64,000 nucleotides of DNA from a virus. Lineage: Duplodnaviria > Heunggongvirae > Uroviricota > Caudoviricetes. Shown in pieces: positions 47,481 to 57,353 of the stretch. A program made the translations under genes and the position numbers. Location: IMG/VR virus record IMGVR_UViG_3300027734_000034; one strand, given 5' to 3'. The notes under the pieces were generated by a model, which was not told the origin of the DNA, did no database searches, and worked only from the letters and a program-made list of their open reading frames with translations. Position 1 is the stretch's first letter, and every line of letters begins with the position of its first letter.

Positions 47481-48185
47481 ATGAATACGATAGGGTTTGA
47501 CTTAATAAGTGACTTGAATCTAATCCCTGAGGATAGTTTCAATTGGGAAGGTAAAGCAACTAGTTTATACTGTATAATAGCAGGAAACATTAGTCAAGAT
47601 TTACGCACTATTAAGCAAACCTTATCTCATTTATCTAAATTCTATCAAGGTGTATTCTATACGTTAGGTTCACTAGAATATCATAACACTGATGTTGTAG
47701 CTAAACGCACAGACGAAATACACAAAGCCTGCAAAAGTATACGCAATTTAGCAATCATGCATCATCATGTAGTAGTGATTGATGGCATTGCTATCATAGG
47801 TGCTAATGGTTGGTATGGAAACACAGTAGAAACTGATGATGTTGTAGTCAATGCTATAGTTGAAGTACATCGCAATGAAGATTTGATCTATCTAAAGAGT
47901 ACCATTGAACGCTTACAAAAACATTTAGATGTTAAAAAAATTGTAGTAGTCTCTAACTCTGCGCCCAATGAAGAATTGTATTTTGGGGAACATCCAAAGC
48001 ATTTAGAAAATCAATTACACATGAGTATGAGTTTAATATCCGATACTGAAAACAAAGTATCGCACTGGTTATACGGCACATATGGAAAAGTAGTTGACAC
48101 CAATATCAATGGCATCAACTACATAAACAACGGGTGTTTTAAAAGAAACCCTTATTGGGCTAAAAGAATAGAAATTACTCTTTAA
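47481..48185 (+). CDS. Degenerate (probably inactive) metallophosphoesterase paralog
   Basis: MPE layout with altered ligands: SDLNL, AGNI, LGSLEY, SNSAP, WLYGTYG. Confidence 0.6.
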   Translation: MNTIGFDLISDLNLIPEDSFNWEGKATSLYCIIAGNISQDLRTIKQTLSHLSKFYQGVFYTLGSLEYHNTDVVAKRTDEIHKACKSIRNLAIMHHHVVVIDGIAIIGANGWYGNTVETDDVVVNAIVEVHRNEDLIYLKSTIERLQKHLDVKKIVVVSNSAPNEELYFGEHPKHLENQLHMSMSLISDTENKVSHWLYGTYGKVVDTNINGINYINNGCFKRNPYWAKRIEITL

Positions 48186-48487
48186 GCCTCTGCTTCAACT
48201 TTAATTTGAAGTGGATAACCTTGACTACGTGCTTCTAACGTAACCTCAATACCTTTTTGTTCTGCAATTTCATAAGGCAGTACAGCAACTACAGCACTAC
48301 CTTCTTCATGGATATTGTGTGTAATTGTACTAGCAGTATCTTGATTATAATTAAAGTAATCAATTAAACTACCTACGACAAACTCTATACTAGTTACATT
48401 ATCATTGATGTAAATGATTTTGTACAATGGAGGCTCAGCCAATGCTAGATTAGGTTTGATTTTGATTTTTGTTTCCGTTTTAGACAT
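48182..48487 (-). CDS. clpS: ClpS N-degron adaptor
   Basis: EPPLYKIIYINDNVTSIEFVV...IHEEGSAVVAVLPYEIAEQK...GYPLQIKVE. Confidence 0.85.
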   Translation of the reverse strand: MSKTETKIKIKPNLALAEPPLYKIIYINDNVTSIEFVVGSLIDYFNYNQDTASTITHNIHEEGSAVVAVLPYEIAEQKGIEVTLEARSQGYPLQIKVEAEA

Positions 48488-48514
48488 AGTTAGTTTATAT
48501 GTGTTAGTTATAAA

Positions 48515-48543
48515 AAGTGTGTAGTCACCATAACTACACACTT
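48515..48543 (-). terminator. Terminator after hsp20
   Basis: aagtgtgtagt-7 nt-actacacactt followed by a T run on the minus strand. Confidence 0.8.
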
Positions 48544-48554
48544 ATGCTATTATA

Positions 48555-49019
48555 CTATTTAGTATAGGTAATAGCAATAGACTTGGGCTTTTTCTCTTCA
48601 GGAATTTCACGTTTTAAGTGAACATTAAGAATACCCAATTCTAAATGAGCATTAGAAATTTCTACATAATCAGCAAGTTGAAATTCACGACGGAAGTTTC
48701 GTTCGCTGATTCCTTTGTGTAGATAATTAACCTCATTTGTCTCAACTGTATCCGCAGCATGATTACCTTCAATTATTAAGAAATTTTTGTCTTTTGTAAC
48801 TGACAGGTTATCGTGACCAAATCCCGCAACAGCAATACTAATCATATACTCGTCCTCATTTATTTGGATTACATTATACGGGGGATAGTGTGAATTGGAA
48901 TTTAGATGTTGAGAATGCATTCTGTTCAACTCGTCAAACATAGTATCAAAACCGATACCAAATTTGTGTAGTTGTGGAATGTCAATGGTGCGAAGGTGTA
49001 AAGTTTTTGTGTTTGTCAT
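48555..49019 (-). CDS. Small heat-shock protein Hsp20 (IbpA-like)
   Basis: GIGFDTMFD...YPPYNVI...IAVAGF...YLHKGISERNFRREFQLA...GILNVHLKREIPEEKKP. Confidence 0.93.
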   Translation of the reverse strand: MTNTKTLHLRTIDIPQLHKFGIGFDTMFDELNRMHSQHLNSNSHYPPYNVIQINEDEYMISIAVAGFGHDNLSVTKDKNFLIIEGNHAADTVETNEVNYLHKGISERNFRREFQLADYVEISNAHLELGILNVHLKREIPEEKKPKSIAITYTK

Positions 49020-49080
49020 TTGTTTTCTCCTTTATAAGCAAGATGACTATTAAGTAGACCCGATTATCGGCATCTACAAT
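49020..49080 (-). promoter_or_regulatory. ROSE-like RNA thermometer in the hsp20 5' UTR
   Basis: 5' hairpin GTAGA-tg-CCGA-TAA-TCGG-g-TCTAC, then CTTGCTT-ATA-AAGGAG, in which UUGCU can pair over the SD with a bulged G. Confidence 0.65.
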
Positions 49081-49126
49081 GAGTATTTATTATACTAAAA
49101 ATACGCAAAAAATTCTACTATTTAGG

Positions 49127-49348
49127 TCAAAATAGTTTTTTGGGAAGACTTTGGTCACGTAAGTATTTTTGCCATCTGCGTTTGGCTAGACCTTTATCTA
49201 CTTTACGCTGTATACTAGGCTTGACATATTGTTCCCGATCACGCAATTCCTGCAATAGGTTTTGGTCTGTAATCTTCTTTTTAAACTTCCGTAATGCTTT
49301 TTCAACATTTCCATCTGTTACAATAACTCGTCTTCCTTTAATACTCAT
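49127..49348 (-). CDS. rpsU: Ribosomal protein bS21
   Basis: [18 protein letters not shown]...[19 protein letters not shown]. Confidence 0.9.
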   Translation of the reverse strand: MSIKGRRVIVTDGNVEKALRKFKKKITDQNLLQELRDREQYVKPSIQRKVDKGLAKRRWQKYLRDQSLPKKLF

Positions 49349-50553
49349 AAAATTGATTTTGGTTCTAAAACTTGCTCCCTTGTTATATTTATCTCAGTTA
49401 CGTTATTTTCTCTGTACTTTTTGGTGTTGAACATATGCGGCATGAGTACTTTTTCAATTTCCGTGTGTAATCCACGTGCCCCAGTCTTTAATTTCAAGCA
49501 ATTTTCAACAATTTGTTCTAGTGCCCCGGCATCAAATTCTAATTTGATATTGTCAATACTCAATAGATACTTGTACTGGTCAATATAGTTGTTTTTTACT
49601 TCCGTAAGTACACGCAGCAATTCTTGCTTATTTAATTCCCCGATGCTAACCGTAGTAGTAAAACGGCCGATAAATTCAGGAATCATCCCGTACTTAGTTA
49701 AGTCATCCGGAGAAACTTGTCCTAAATCACCTTCTTTTTTGTGGTCTTTGATCTCTGCACCAAATCCAATACTAGTTCCGTTCATGCGGTTATTGATTAT
49801 ATCTTTCAATCCAACAAAGGCTCCGCCTGATATGAATAATATATTTTTCGTATCAATCTCCAGCATTTCTCCACCAGGATGCTTTCTGCCACCTGCTGCT
49901 GGAATACGACAAACTGTACCTTCAACCAACTTAAGCAATGCTTGTTGCACACCTTCACCTGATACATCGCGTGTAATGTTTACGCTTTCTCCTTTACGTG
50001 CAATCTTGTCAATTTCATCAACGAACACAATGCCACGCTCTGCTAGTCTAGGATCACCTCCAGCAGCATTCACCAACATGCTAATCATTGATTCAACATC
50101 ATCACCAACATATCCTGCCTCAGTTAAACTTGTAGCATCAGCAACGACAAAGGGCACTTTGAGATATTTGGCTACAGTCTTAGCAAGCAAGGTTTTACCT
50201 GAACCAGTTGGTCCAATCAACAATACATTACCTTTTTGAATGTCTAAATCTTTAGGAGGATGTGTGATGCGCTTATAGTGATTAGCGATAGCCACACTCA
50301 GTACCTCCTTGGCACTATCTTGACCAATAACATGCTGGTCTAGATAATCTTTAATTGAAGAAGGATCGTTGTATGGTTCTTCTTCTTTGGGTTTAGGAGT
50401 TTCTGCTACTAGATTTTCATCTTCAATAAGTTGGGTACATAGTTCAATACATTCACTACATATAGCAACATCATCTCCAACGATTAGTTTTTTAACTTTA
50501 TCTTTATGTGTATTACAAAAAGAACAATATGTCAATTTTGATTCAGTGGTCAT
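49345..50553 (-). CDS. clpX: ATP-dependent Clp protease ATP-binding subunit ClpX
   Basis: C4 Zn domain CSFC...ICSEC; GPTGSGKT; [11 protein letters not shown]; DEIDKI; [14 protein letters not shown]; IGFGA loop; GARGL. Confidence 0.95.
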   Translation of the reverse strand: MTTESKLTYCSFCNTHKDKVKKLIVGDDVAICSECIELCTQLIEDENLVAETPKPKEEEPYNDPSSIKDYLDQHVIGQDSAKEVLSVAIANHYKRITHPPKDLDIQKGNVLLIGPTGSGKTLLAKTVAKYLKVPFVVADATSLTEAGYVGDDVESMISMLVNAAGGDPRLAERGIVFVDEIDKIARKGESVNITRDVSGEGVQQALLKLVEGTVCRIPAAGGRKHPGGEMLEIDTKNILFISGGAFVGLKDIINNRMNGTSIGFGAEIKDHKKEGDLGQVSPDDLTKYGMIPEFIGRFTTTVSIGELNKQELLRVLTEVKNNYIDQYKYLLSIDNIKLEFDAGALEQIVENCLKLKTGARGLHTEIEKVLMPHMFNTKKYRENNVTEINITREQVLEPKSIL

Positions 50554-50592
50554 ATATTAATTTATCTTTTTGTCACGGTATTCATATTTTAC

Positions 50593-51579
50593 TTAAGTGC
50601 AACCACTAACACTTACAACAGACAATTCAATCTTACTTGTTTGTTGTAGTACTGGATTGTATCCAGGTGAAATTTTTAGTTGTAGGAACCCAGACTCTAT
50701 TCCATTACCAAATATAAAAATACCACGACGGTCATTCATATTATAGAATACTGGCTTTCTGTTTGCAATAGCATCCGGAGTATAGCATGTTTTATATAAT
50801 GATTTACCATTACCATCAAGCATATCTAATGCAATTCGTACTTCTTTTCTACCAGAGATTTCAGTTTTAACATTTTGTAAGGTAGGCATGTCATTAAACT
50901 TAAACCAATTTCTATCACCTTGCGTATTATTCTTATCAGTAATGATAATGTTTGCGGGAGCCATTGCACCTGTTTTATAAGTGTTGTCCTCTAACAATCC
51001 CATAGCCTCACGCATTGCAATAATAAAATCATTGTTCCATTGAATACTATACGGAATCTTTAAGATAGTATTACGATAGCTATCCACAGATAATACATAA
51101 GGCTGTTGATTGATTACAAAAGCATTCTTTGGATAACTACCCATTACAGTTTGTAGTAGTTGATCACCTTTTTGCTTTTGATTCAAAAATGAATTAAGAG
51201 TAGTAGCTACCTTCTCACCATCAAAGGACTTTTTATCTTTACCCTGTGATAGTTTTTGATTCATCAACTTACTATCAGCAACTAGTACATCTACTGTAAC
51301 TTCTACATTAGAGTTTTTTGGTACAATTGAGATTATTTTAAAATCATCAACATATCCAGCACTATAGACAGAAACATTGTCCTTTAATGTATTCTCAAAA
51401 CTTGATTCACGCTCACTAAGAACAATTGTACCTACTCGTATTTGAATGGCTTCACGAAAAGCAAGTTCTTTTGCTTGTTCAAGTGTGGGTGCTGTGCTAA
51501 CTACACGAATGTATTTGTTTTCAGCAACTGCACTACCAACAAACAATAAACATGCCACTAAACTTAGTAGCTTGTTCAT
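50593..51579 (-). CDS. Exported phage protein (LPP20/FlgT-N-like N-terminus)
   Basis: Signal peptide; TLEQAKELAFREAI...VTVDV. Confidence 0.55.
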   Translation of the reverse strand: MNKLLSLVACLLFVGSAVAENKYIRVVSTAPTLEQAKELAFREAIQIRVGTIVLSERESSFENTLKDNVSVYSAGYVDDFKIISIVPKNSNVEVTVDVLVADSKLMNQKLSQGKDKKSFDGEKVATTLNSFLNQKQKGDQLLQTVMGSYPKNAFVINQQPYVLSVDSYRNTILKIPYSIQWNNDFIIAMREAMGLLEDNTYKTGAMAPANIIITDKNNTQGDRNWFKFNDMPTLQNVKTEISGRKEVRIALDMLDGNGKSLYKTCYTPDAIANRKPVFYNMNDRRGIFIFGNGIESGFLQLKISPGYNPVLQQTSKIELSVVSVSGCT

Positions 51580-51581
51580 GT

Positions 51582-52262
51582 TTATTTTCCGTCGAATTTT
51601 TTACGCAACATAGTTGCGGCAACATCGCTTTCAGTATCCCAGCGCAAAGTAACTGCTACTTCTTGTGGGCCAATCTTTTCTTGCTTGACCACACGGAAAC
51701 CACGCAAGATACCTTGTGCATTTACTGCAATGTTATCAGTAAGATTGTGTGCAGTGTCGTTGTAGTTGTTACGTTCCATGAAGTTGGTAGACTTATCGGC
51801 TGCATCTTCTTGCTTAGCCTTCAACACTTCTTCATCACTCAGTGCTACAGTATCGCCGCTAGGAGCACGTTGTTTCATCTTGTCCATTGCTTGCTCAATG
51901 TTCTTAGCAATAGTACGATTTACACGGCTGCTGCTAACATCTTCATTGATGAAGTGCCGAACATTAGCACGGGCTTTGTCGCCTGCACGAATCAATGCTA
52001 CACGGACATTGTTCTCAGTATTACCATTGGTAGCAGCAGTACCTACAGCCTCGATAGCCGTAATGTCACAATTTTTCTTGCTAGTGAACCAGCTGCATTC
52101 AGATTCAATTGTAATTGCCTCTGCTTTAAAACTAGTAGCCAATTTCTGAGAACGAATCGGCTCAATTTTATTATCAGCGGCCTCATCTTTTTTACCAGAT
52201 GATGCACATCCGACAAGGGCCACAGCAAATGCTAACGCAGTAAGTTTAAGTTTCATTTTCAT
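51582..52262 (-). CDS. Phage lipoprotein (LPP20-like)
   Basis: Lipobox ALVGC; AxxxAxxxV...GILRGFRVV; SD ggaga. Confidence 0.65.
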   Translation of the reverse strand: MKMKLKLTALAFAVALVGCASSGKKDEAADNKIEPIRSQKLATSFKAEAITIESECSWFTSKKNCDITAIEAVGTAATNGNTENNVRVALIRAGDKARANVRHFINEDVSSSRVNRTIAKNIEQAMDKMKQRAPSGDTVALSDEEVLKAKQEDAADKSTNFMERNNYNDTAHNLTDNIAVNAQGILRGFRVVKQEKIGPQEVAVTLRWDTESDVAATMLRKKFDGK

Positions 52263-52292
52263 TGGATTTCTCCAGTAGTTAAAGATATATGT

Positions 52293-52321
52293 ATTGTATA
52301 CTAGAATGGATTAAAGTTCAA
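52293..52321 (-). promoter_or_regulatory. sigma70 promoter
   Basis: TTGAAC-17 nt-TACAAT. Confidence 0.55.
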
Positions 52322-53841
52322 GAGTTTTTGGTCAAATAATCTTCAATTTGTTGTTTCTCTATTTCGGACAACAATTCAATGTCATATTCACCTTCTTCAA
52401 TCTTTTGAACCAAATACTTAATGTATTCTTGGTCGTGTAGATAGGTATTGGATTGGTCCTTGTTGACCATAATCCATCTTGCGCCGTCAAATTTGTAAAC
52501 CTTATTTGGTAAGGAATCTACCCGAACAAAGGTGTCACCTTTGCCAGCTATAGTTGGAAACGATGTTCCAAAATTTGTTTTAGTTTGTTTACCCGAATCT
52601 GCAACTAATTTTAATATATCTGGGCGCATGCCAGTCAATACATCTTTGTGCATATGCTTGTTGTCAAACATTACATAACCACCATCTAATTCTTGGTATG
52701 GAATAGTATTAGATTCTATCACTTCTGGCAATTCAACTATCTTGATAGGTTCTTCAATTACAACCGGCTCTATATCTTGCAGATAAGGACTATCAAAAAC
52801 ATCACACTCTTTATTTGGGCAGAATGGACCGATGCCAGGAGCATCAACTAATGGGGTGCCACACTTATAGCAAGGCTCTAATATAGGGTCACTTGGTTCA
52901 CTCTTGTAGACTTGGATAGGTACGGGTTCTATTCCAGGTGGTGTTTGACTACCAGCCGGTGTAAACAAGTATGGATGGTCATTGATATCAAATTCTTCTA
53001 TAGGTTCTTCTTCTATAGGTTCTTCTATAGGTTCTTCTATGACTTCTTCTATGACTTCTTCTATGGGTTCTTCATCGTCCCAGTCTTTACTCTGATTAGC
53101 AGCTAATACTAACATCAACGCTAATGGATCAAACACGATAACAAGCAAGATGATGACCCAGCGTACTGCTTTTTCTAAGATGTTTTGATCAGGGTTATCT
53201 CCATATATCAGTGCAGCGATATACTTGATAGGACCTACTTCAGCCTCTACTTTACGCAATTGACTAGCAATAGGTGCCCGTTCTTCATTGAATGTTTTAA
53301 TTGCAGACTGTGACGCAGCGATATCACGCTGTAATGCTACTCTTTCCTTTGCTTGATTACGGCGAATCTGTACTGCTTTCTCAGCACCTTTATCCGTATC
53401 AGTACGACTCAACATCTGGTCTACTTGAGCATCCATCTGTTGTAATGCTTTTTTACTTGTCTCTATGTTATCACGTTCGGTCTTTATTTTCTCATCAAGC
53501 AATGATACTTGGGCACCGATATCACCTGTGCCGATACCTTGATCAATGTGTGCTTTGCTTAAGAAACCAAAGATACCCATGCTTGTAATCAATGCAATAG
53601 CCATTACAGCAGGCACTAAGTATAGTTTGAGTAGTAATCCAGCACGATGCCAATACTTACGCAACCAAACAGTTGTGGTAATCTTAGCGAGTTCAAGTAC
53701 TGAACCCATGATGATAACTGGAACTACTGCTCCAGCAAAGATAGTAGTCAACCCGATAATACTATACCATGCGGCGATAGTACTAACTGTTAATGCTACT
53801 AATAAGGTGAAATTGGAAAAACTGAAAATTCTTTTGAGCAT
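52318..53841 (-). CDS. Multi-TM coiled-coil membrane protein with an acidic repeat and a Zn ribbon
   Basis: 3-4 N-terminal TMs, long coiled coil, TM VIVFDPLALMLVLAA, CYKC...CPNKEC; TAAATA 4 nt before the ATG. Confidence 0.7.
   Translation of the reverse strand: MLKRIFSFSNFTLLVALTVSTIAAWYSIIGLTTIFAGAVVPVIIMGSVLELAKITTTVWLRKYWHRAGLLLKLYLVPAVMAIALITSMGIFGFLSKAHIDQGIGTGDIGAQVSLLDEKIKTERDNIETSKKALQQMDAQVDQMLSRTDTDKGAEKAVQIRRNQAKERVALQRDIAASQSAIKTFNEERAPIASQLRKVEAEVGPIKYIAALIYGDNPDQNILEKAVRWVIILLVIVFDPLALMLVLAANQSKDWDDEEPIEEVIEEVIEEPIEEPIEEEPIEEFDINDHPYLFTPAGSQTPPGIEPVPIQVYKSEPSDPILEPCYKCGTPLVDAPGIGPFCPNKECDVFDSPYLQDIEPVVIEEPIKIVELPEVIESNTIPYQELDGGYVMFDNKHMHKDVLTGMRPDILKLVADSGKQTKTNFGTSFPTIAGKGDTFVRVDSLPNKVYKFDGARWIMVNKDQSNTYLHDQEYIKYLVQKIEEGEYDIELLSEIEKQQIEDYLTKNS
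52994..53073. repeat. Imperfect 12-bp tandem repeat encoding EEPI/EEVI
   Basis: tcttctataggt / tcttctatgact units. Confidence 0.8.
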
Positions 53842-53875
53842 TGTTTATTTAGTCTGAAACAGACTACCTAAATAG

Positions 53876-54073
53876 TCATTCAAATAGCTGACCGTAGATA
53901 TCAATGAATTGTTCTAAATTTAATACTAACTTTTGTGGAATGCCTGGACCTTGATAAGCCAAGTAAGTAACACTAGCACCACCGCGGTGTTCATCTTGTT
54001 CTCTTACTTGTATTATCTCCATGCGATTGCCATCCTCAAAGGTATATGATCTACCTACTAATGGATGTGTCAT
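53876..54073 (-). CDS. Hypothetical protein
   Basis: ATGA-coupled small ORF. Confidence 0.55.
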   Translation of the reverse strand: MTHPLVGRSYTFEDGNRMEIIQVREQDEHRGGASVTYLAYQGPGIPQKLVLNLEQFIDIYGQLFE

Positions 54074-54297
54074 ATTATATGACCAGTAACTTGATAGATT
54101 AGTTGATCCAATTCTGTTTGATAATCGTGATTACCTTGTCTACGCTTCAACCAGATTTTTTCTAACAATTCTTTACCTTGAAAATCTTCTTCCATTGGCA
54201 ACGAACTGCGACTGGCTAATTCGTCAAGTAAATCTTCGGTTTCAAAGTCACTCAAATCAACATCAACTTCTACTTCGGTATAAACTGTTTTGTACAT
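54070..54297 (-). CDS. Hypothetical acidic protein
   Basis: VEVDVDLSDFETEDLLDELASR. Confidence 0.6.
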   Translation of the reverse strand: MYKTVYTEVEVDVDLSDFETEDLLDELASRSSLPMEEDFQGKELLEKIWLKRRQGNHDYQTELDQLIYQVTGHII

Positions 54298-54299
54298 GA

Positions 54300-54833
54300 T
54301 TATGCCTCAGTTGATTCTTCATCTTCTGCACTAGTCCATGGCCATCGCGCTTTAGTTTCAGCATCTTTCTTTTCTTGTTCGACTCCAACTTCGGTCAATT
54401 CAGTAGCACTATCACACATTGGACAAATCTTAATGGCTTCATCTAACTCAACACCATTATCATCTTCCCATTTCCATTCTGCATCAAATTTTGAACCAGT
54501 CCATTTGCATTTAGTACATTTGTGGGTGATAGGTGATACATAATCTTCATGCACTTCCCATTCTTCTAAACTATAGGTAACTTCATATCCGCCCTTGCGG
54601 TCAGTCCACCAATCATCTTCATTGAGATAATCCCAATCAATATCTACATCATTGTCATAGGCATCACCTAGAATAGTATCAATATCTTCTTCACCTGATT
54701 CTAGTTCAGCAAGTTTTGCCTCAATCTCATCTTCATCCAATTCAGGATAAATCTCACTCAATAGATCGGTGTCTATCTCTAGACCATATCGTTTCTCTAC
54801 TTGATGCCATTCGCTCTTAACAACTGATACCAT
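54300..54833 (-). CDS. Highly acidic protein with a Zn ribbon
   Basis: KCTKCKW...ICPMCDS; D/E-rich. Confidence 0.65.
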   Translation of the reverse strand: MVSVVKSEWHQVEKRYGLEIDTDLLSEIYPELDEDEIEAKLAELESGEEDIDTILGDAYDNDVDIDWDYLNEDDWWTDRKGGYEVTYSLEEWEVHEDYVSPITHKCTKCKWTGSKFDAEWKWEDDNGVELDEAIKICPMCDSATELTEVGVEQEKKDAETKARWPWTSAEDEESTEA

Positions 54834-54836
54834 GAT

Positions 54837-55013
54837 TTACTCCACAGAACGTAAAATTTTCTCACTATAAACATGCAACACGCCGCGGTCATCTTCAACG
54901 ACCAAACGAATTGCGCCACTTAGTTTAGCAAAGACTGCTACAACATGACCTACAAAGGTATAGTCACCGCCGACCTTTTCTACCTTATCACCTACTTTAA
55001 ATTGTGCTTCCAT
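54837..55013 (-). CDS. Hypothetical 58-aa SH3-like protein (MEAQFKVGDKVEKVGGDYTFVGHV...)
   Basis: Below the track cut-off; SD aggag. Confidence 0.7.
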   Translation of the reverse strand: MEAQFKVGDKVEKVGGDYTFVGHVVAVFAKLSGAIRLVVEDDRGVLHVYSEKILRSVE

Positions 55014-55042
55014 ATCTTAACTCCTGGTTAAGATATATTATA

Positions 55043-56377
55043 TCACTTATCGTCTCGGAAGCGAAGGAATCTGGGAAAACGTAAACTGTAAGTTCCGTCT
55101 TTATTTTGTGTTATGGTATCACACAAGATTTCAGCAGTACGACCAATGACCATATCACTATTATCCCAATAGTCAGTTCTATCACTGTCAGTAAACCCGC
55201 TACCAACATTGACTGAAATATCGAACCCAAGGTCGACGCCGGCGCAAACAAGAGCTCCAAGTCGTCCTTTATTCTTACCAGTGCCTTCTTCAACATCAAT
55301 AACCTCCAAGTCTACAGTAACGGTGGGTTTCCATTTCATCCAAGCGGTAGTACGCTTGCATTCATAGAATGCGTCTAGGTCTTTAATCATAATACCTTCG
55401 AACCCATCTGCTACATTCTCTCTAGCATAGCGTTCAAGTTGATTGCGGCCTGCAGCAGTATCTAAATTGACTTTGATATGAGGCAAGTAATCAACATTGG
55501 GCATGAGTTCAATTACTTCTTTCATCTTATCTAATACTTTAAGTCTCTTAGTAAGAGGTTCTTCCCAACGACCTTTAAAGAATTCTTCTAATGGAATAAT
55601 ATCAAAGATATTAAATATGCTATCATCTGCTTTTACATCAGATTTTCTACGTGCTTGGCGCATTAGTTCTTGGAATGATGCTCCAATTACTTCTCCATCG
55701 AGTACAAAACCTTTCTTCAATAGCCTAGAATTTGTTTTCAACAATAAAGAATAATTAGTAGTAATCTGTTCTTCAATCAGTTTGAAATTTTCAAACTCTT
55801 TGCCATTGCGACTATAACATATAACTGCACATCCACCTGTATCATTTGGTGTTACTGTCATCAATACACGTACACCATCTAATTTAGGTTCAAGCCGTTT
55901 GATACCTTGCATCTCGGGTCTATCTTCACTAGTGGTTGCTAGTTGACAACCAAATATTGGTATCTCAAATTCAGTACCTTTGCATATTTTGTTAATTGTT
56001 TTTTCACTTATACCTGCACGAAGGTCTCTACGAATGATAGGTGCAACAAATCCATTCCATTCTTCACTATCAAATTTCCATGCCATTTGATGTACTGCTG
56101 TAATTGCTGCATTACCTGACAATTCACGCAAACTTAATTTGTACAACAAATCGCCAAATTCATCCCAAGGATTAGGGCAATGATTAACCCCTTTAGATTC
56201 TGGTACATCACGTACACCGAATGTTACATACGGATTATAACAGGCCTTTGCAAAGGTAAGGAAATTAATAGCACTTTCATTGCCTAGGACACTTGCGTCT
56301 AACGCTTCTTTGATGACCTCTTCCTTATGAATTCGGCTATCACTTTCATTCAACTTAGATATCCAACTAACTGACAT
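55043..56377 (-). CDS. lig: ATP-dependent DNA ligase
   Basis: EPKLDGVR (KxDG), SRNGK, LDGEV, FDII, EGIMIK, WMKWK, GSGF, SLRFPRFLRFRDDK. Confidence 0.95.
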   Translation of the reverse strand: MSVSWISKLNESDSRIHKEEVIKEALDASVLGNESAINFLTFAKACYNPYVTFGVRDVPESKGVNHCPNPWDEFGDLLYKLSLRELSGNAAITAVHQMAWKFDSEEWNGFVAPIIRRDLRAGISEKTINKICKGTEFEIPIFGCQLATTSEDRPEMQGIKRLEPKLDGVRVLMTVTPNDTGGCAVICYSRNGKEFENFKLIEEQITTNYSLLLKTNSRLLKKGFVLDGEVIGASFQELMRQARRKSDVKADDSIFNIFDIIPLEEFFKGRWEEPLTKRLKVLDKMKEVIELMPNVDYLPHIKVNLDTAAGRNQLERYARENVADGFEGIMIKDLDAFYECKRTTAWMKWKPTVTVDLEVIDVEEGTGKNKGRLGALVCAGVDLGFDISVNVGSGFTDSDRTDYWDNSDMVIGRTAEILCDTITQNKDGTYSLRFPRFLRFRDDK

Positions 56378-56423
56378 GGTTTCTCCTATATATACTCACA
56401 TTATATTTATTCAGAAATTGTTT

Positions 56424-56633
56424 CTACGATTTTTTGTTAGTGACTGTTTCGGCTTTAATGCGACATTCATCTACTACTTCCTCAGGAATATCCTCATATT
56501 CATCTAGTTCAGAACATTTATATTCAATTATCACACTGTCTGGATCCTCAGGCGCCATGCATTCTGGATCAACTTTGATCCAGCACATTATTACTGCTAC
56601 TCCTAGCACACCTATGATAACATTTTTAATCAT
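56424..56633 (-). CDS. Small membrane-anchored hypothetical protein
   Basis: N-terminal TM; late promoter 56404-56409 lies within it, serving lig. Confidence 0.55.
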   Translation of the reverse strand: MIKNVIIGVLGVAVIMCWIKVDPECMAPEDPDSVIIEYKCSELDEYEDIPEEVVDECRIKAETVTNKKS

Positions 56634-56979
56634 TTGGCACCAAACTTAGTTTTTCTTCTTTTAAGATTCTGACCATTTGAATATTGCGTTCATCTTGTTC
56701 TTTGCGTTCACGCTTTTTGTCAAGGTTCCTATCAGTGTTCATGCGGTCGTATTCTCGTGCCCACAATACACCTTGCATCCACTGACCAGCCCCTTCAAGT
56801 GAACCAGCAAACAATACTGCATCACGGGTATAGATGGGCAATGCGTCATTGTCTTTTGGGATTAATGCCACATTGTCACCGTAACGGGCATCATGCTTAT
56901 AGGGAGCCAACTTCATGCCCAGCAAGTCCGCCCGTTGTTCAATTGAACGAATTTGTGTGATTATGTTCCATCCACTCAT
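56626..56979 (-). CDS. Hypothetical protein
   Basis: Intact ORF in the operon. Confidence 0.6.
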   Translation of the reverse strand: MSGWNIITQIRSIEQRADLLGMKLAPYKHDARYGDNVALIPKDNDALPIYTRDAVLFAGSLEGAGQWMQGVLWAREYDRMNTDRNLDKKRERKEQDERNIQMVRILKEEKLSLVPND

Positions 56980-56980
56980 A

Positions 56981-57340
56981 TTATGCCTTTAATTCTTCCC
57001 AGATTAATAGTTTTTCCATCATGTCAACAAACTTGGTTCTGCGGTTGTCAACATCATGCAACCAACATTCTACTAGTTTTTCATGTCCCCAACTATTTTT
57101 AGGAACTATTGGTTCAAGAGTCAACCATTGTACAATCTCATAGATAACATGCTTGTTAGCATAGTCTGCACTTCTAACTGCACCGTATAGTTCGTTAGTA
57201 AGAATGCTCGTAAGGAACCCGCCCGGTTCCCAACCTCTGAGGAAATAATTATCCAATGCTTCCACAGTATGTTGAGGAATAGACAATTCGCCTAATAGGC
57301 GCTTAGTTTCTTCCCCGGGAAACAATGTTAGTTTAGCCAT
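56981..57340 (-). CDS. Hypothetical protein
   Basis: Probable start MAKLTLF at 57340; PGGFLTSILTNEL...AD..N motif. Confidence 0.6.
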   Translation of the reverse strand: MAKLTLFPGEETKRLLGELSIPQHTVEALDNYFLRGWEPGGFLTSILTNELYGAVRSADYANKHVIYEIVQWLTLEPIVPKNSWGHEKLVECWLHDVDNRRTKFVDMMEKLLIWEELKA

Positions 57341-57353
57341 GCTTACCAAAACA

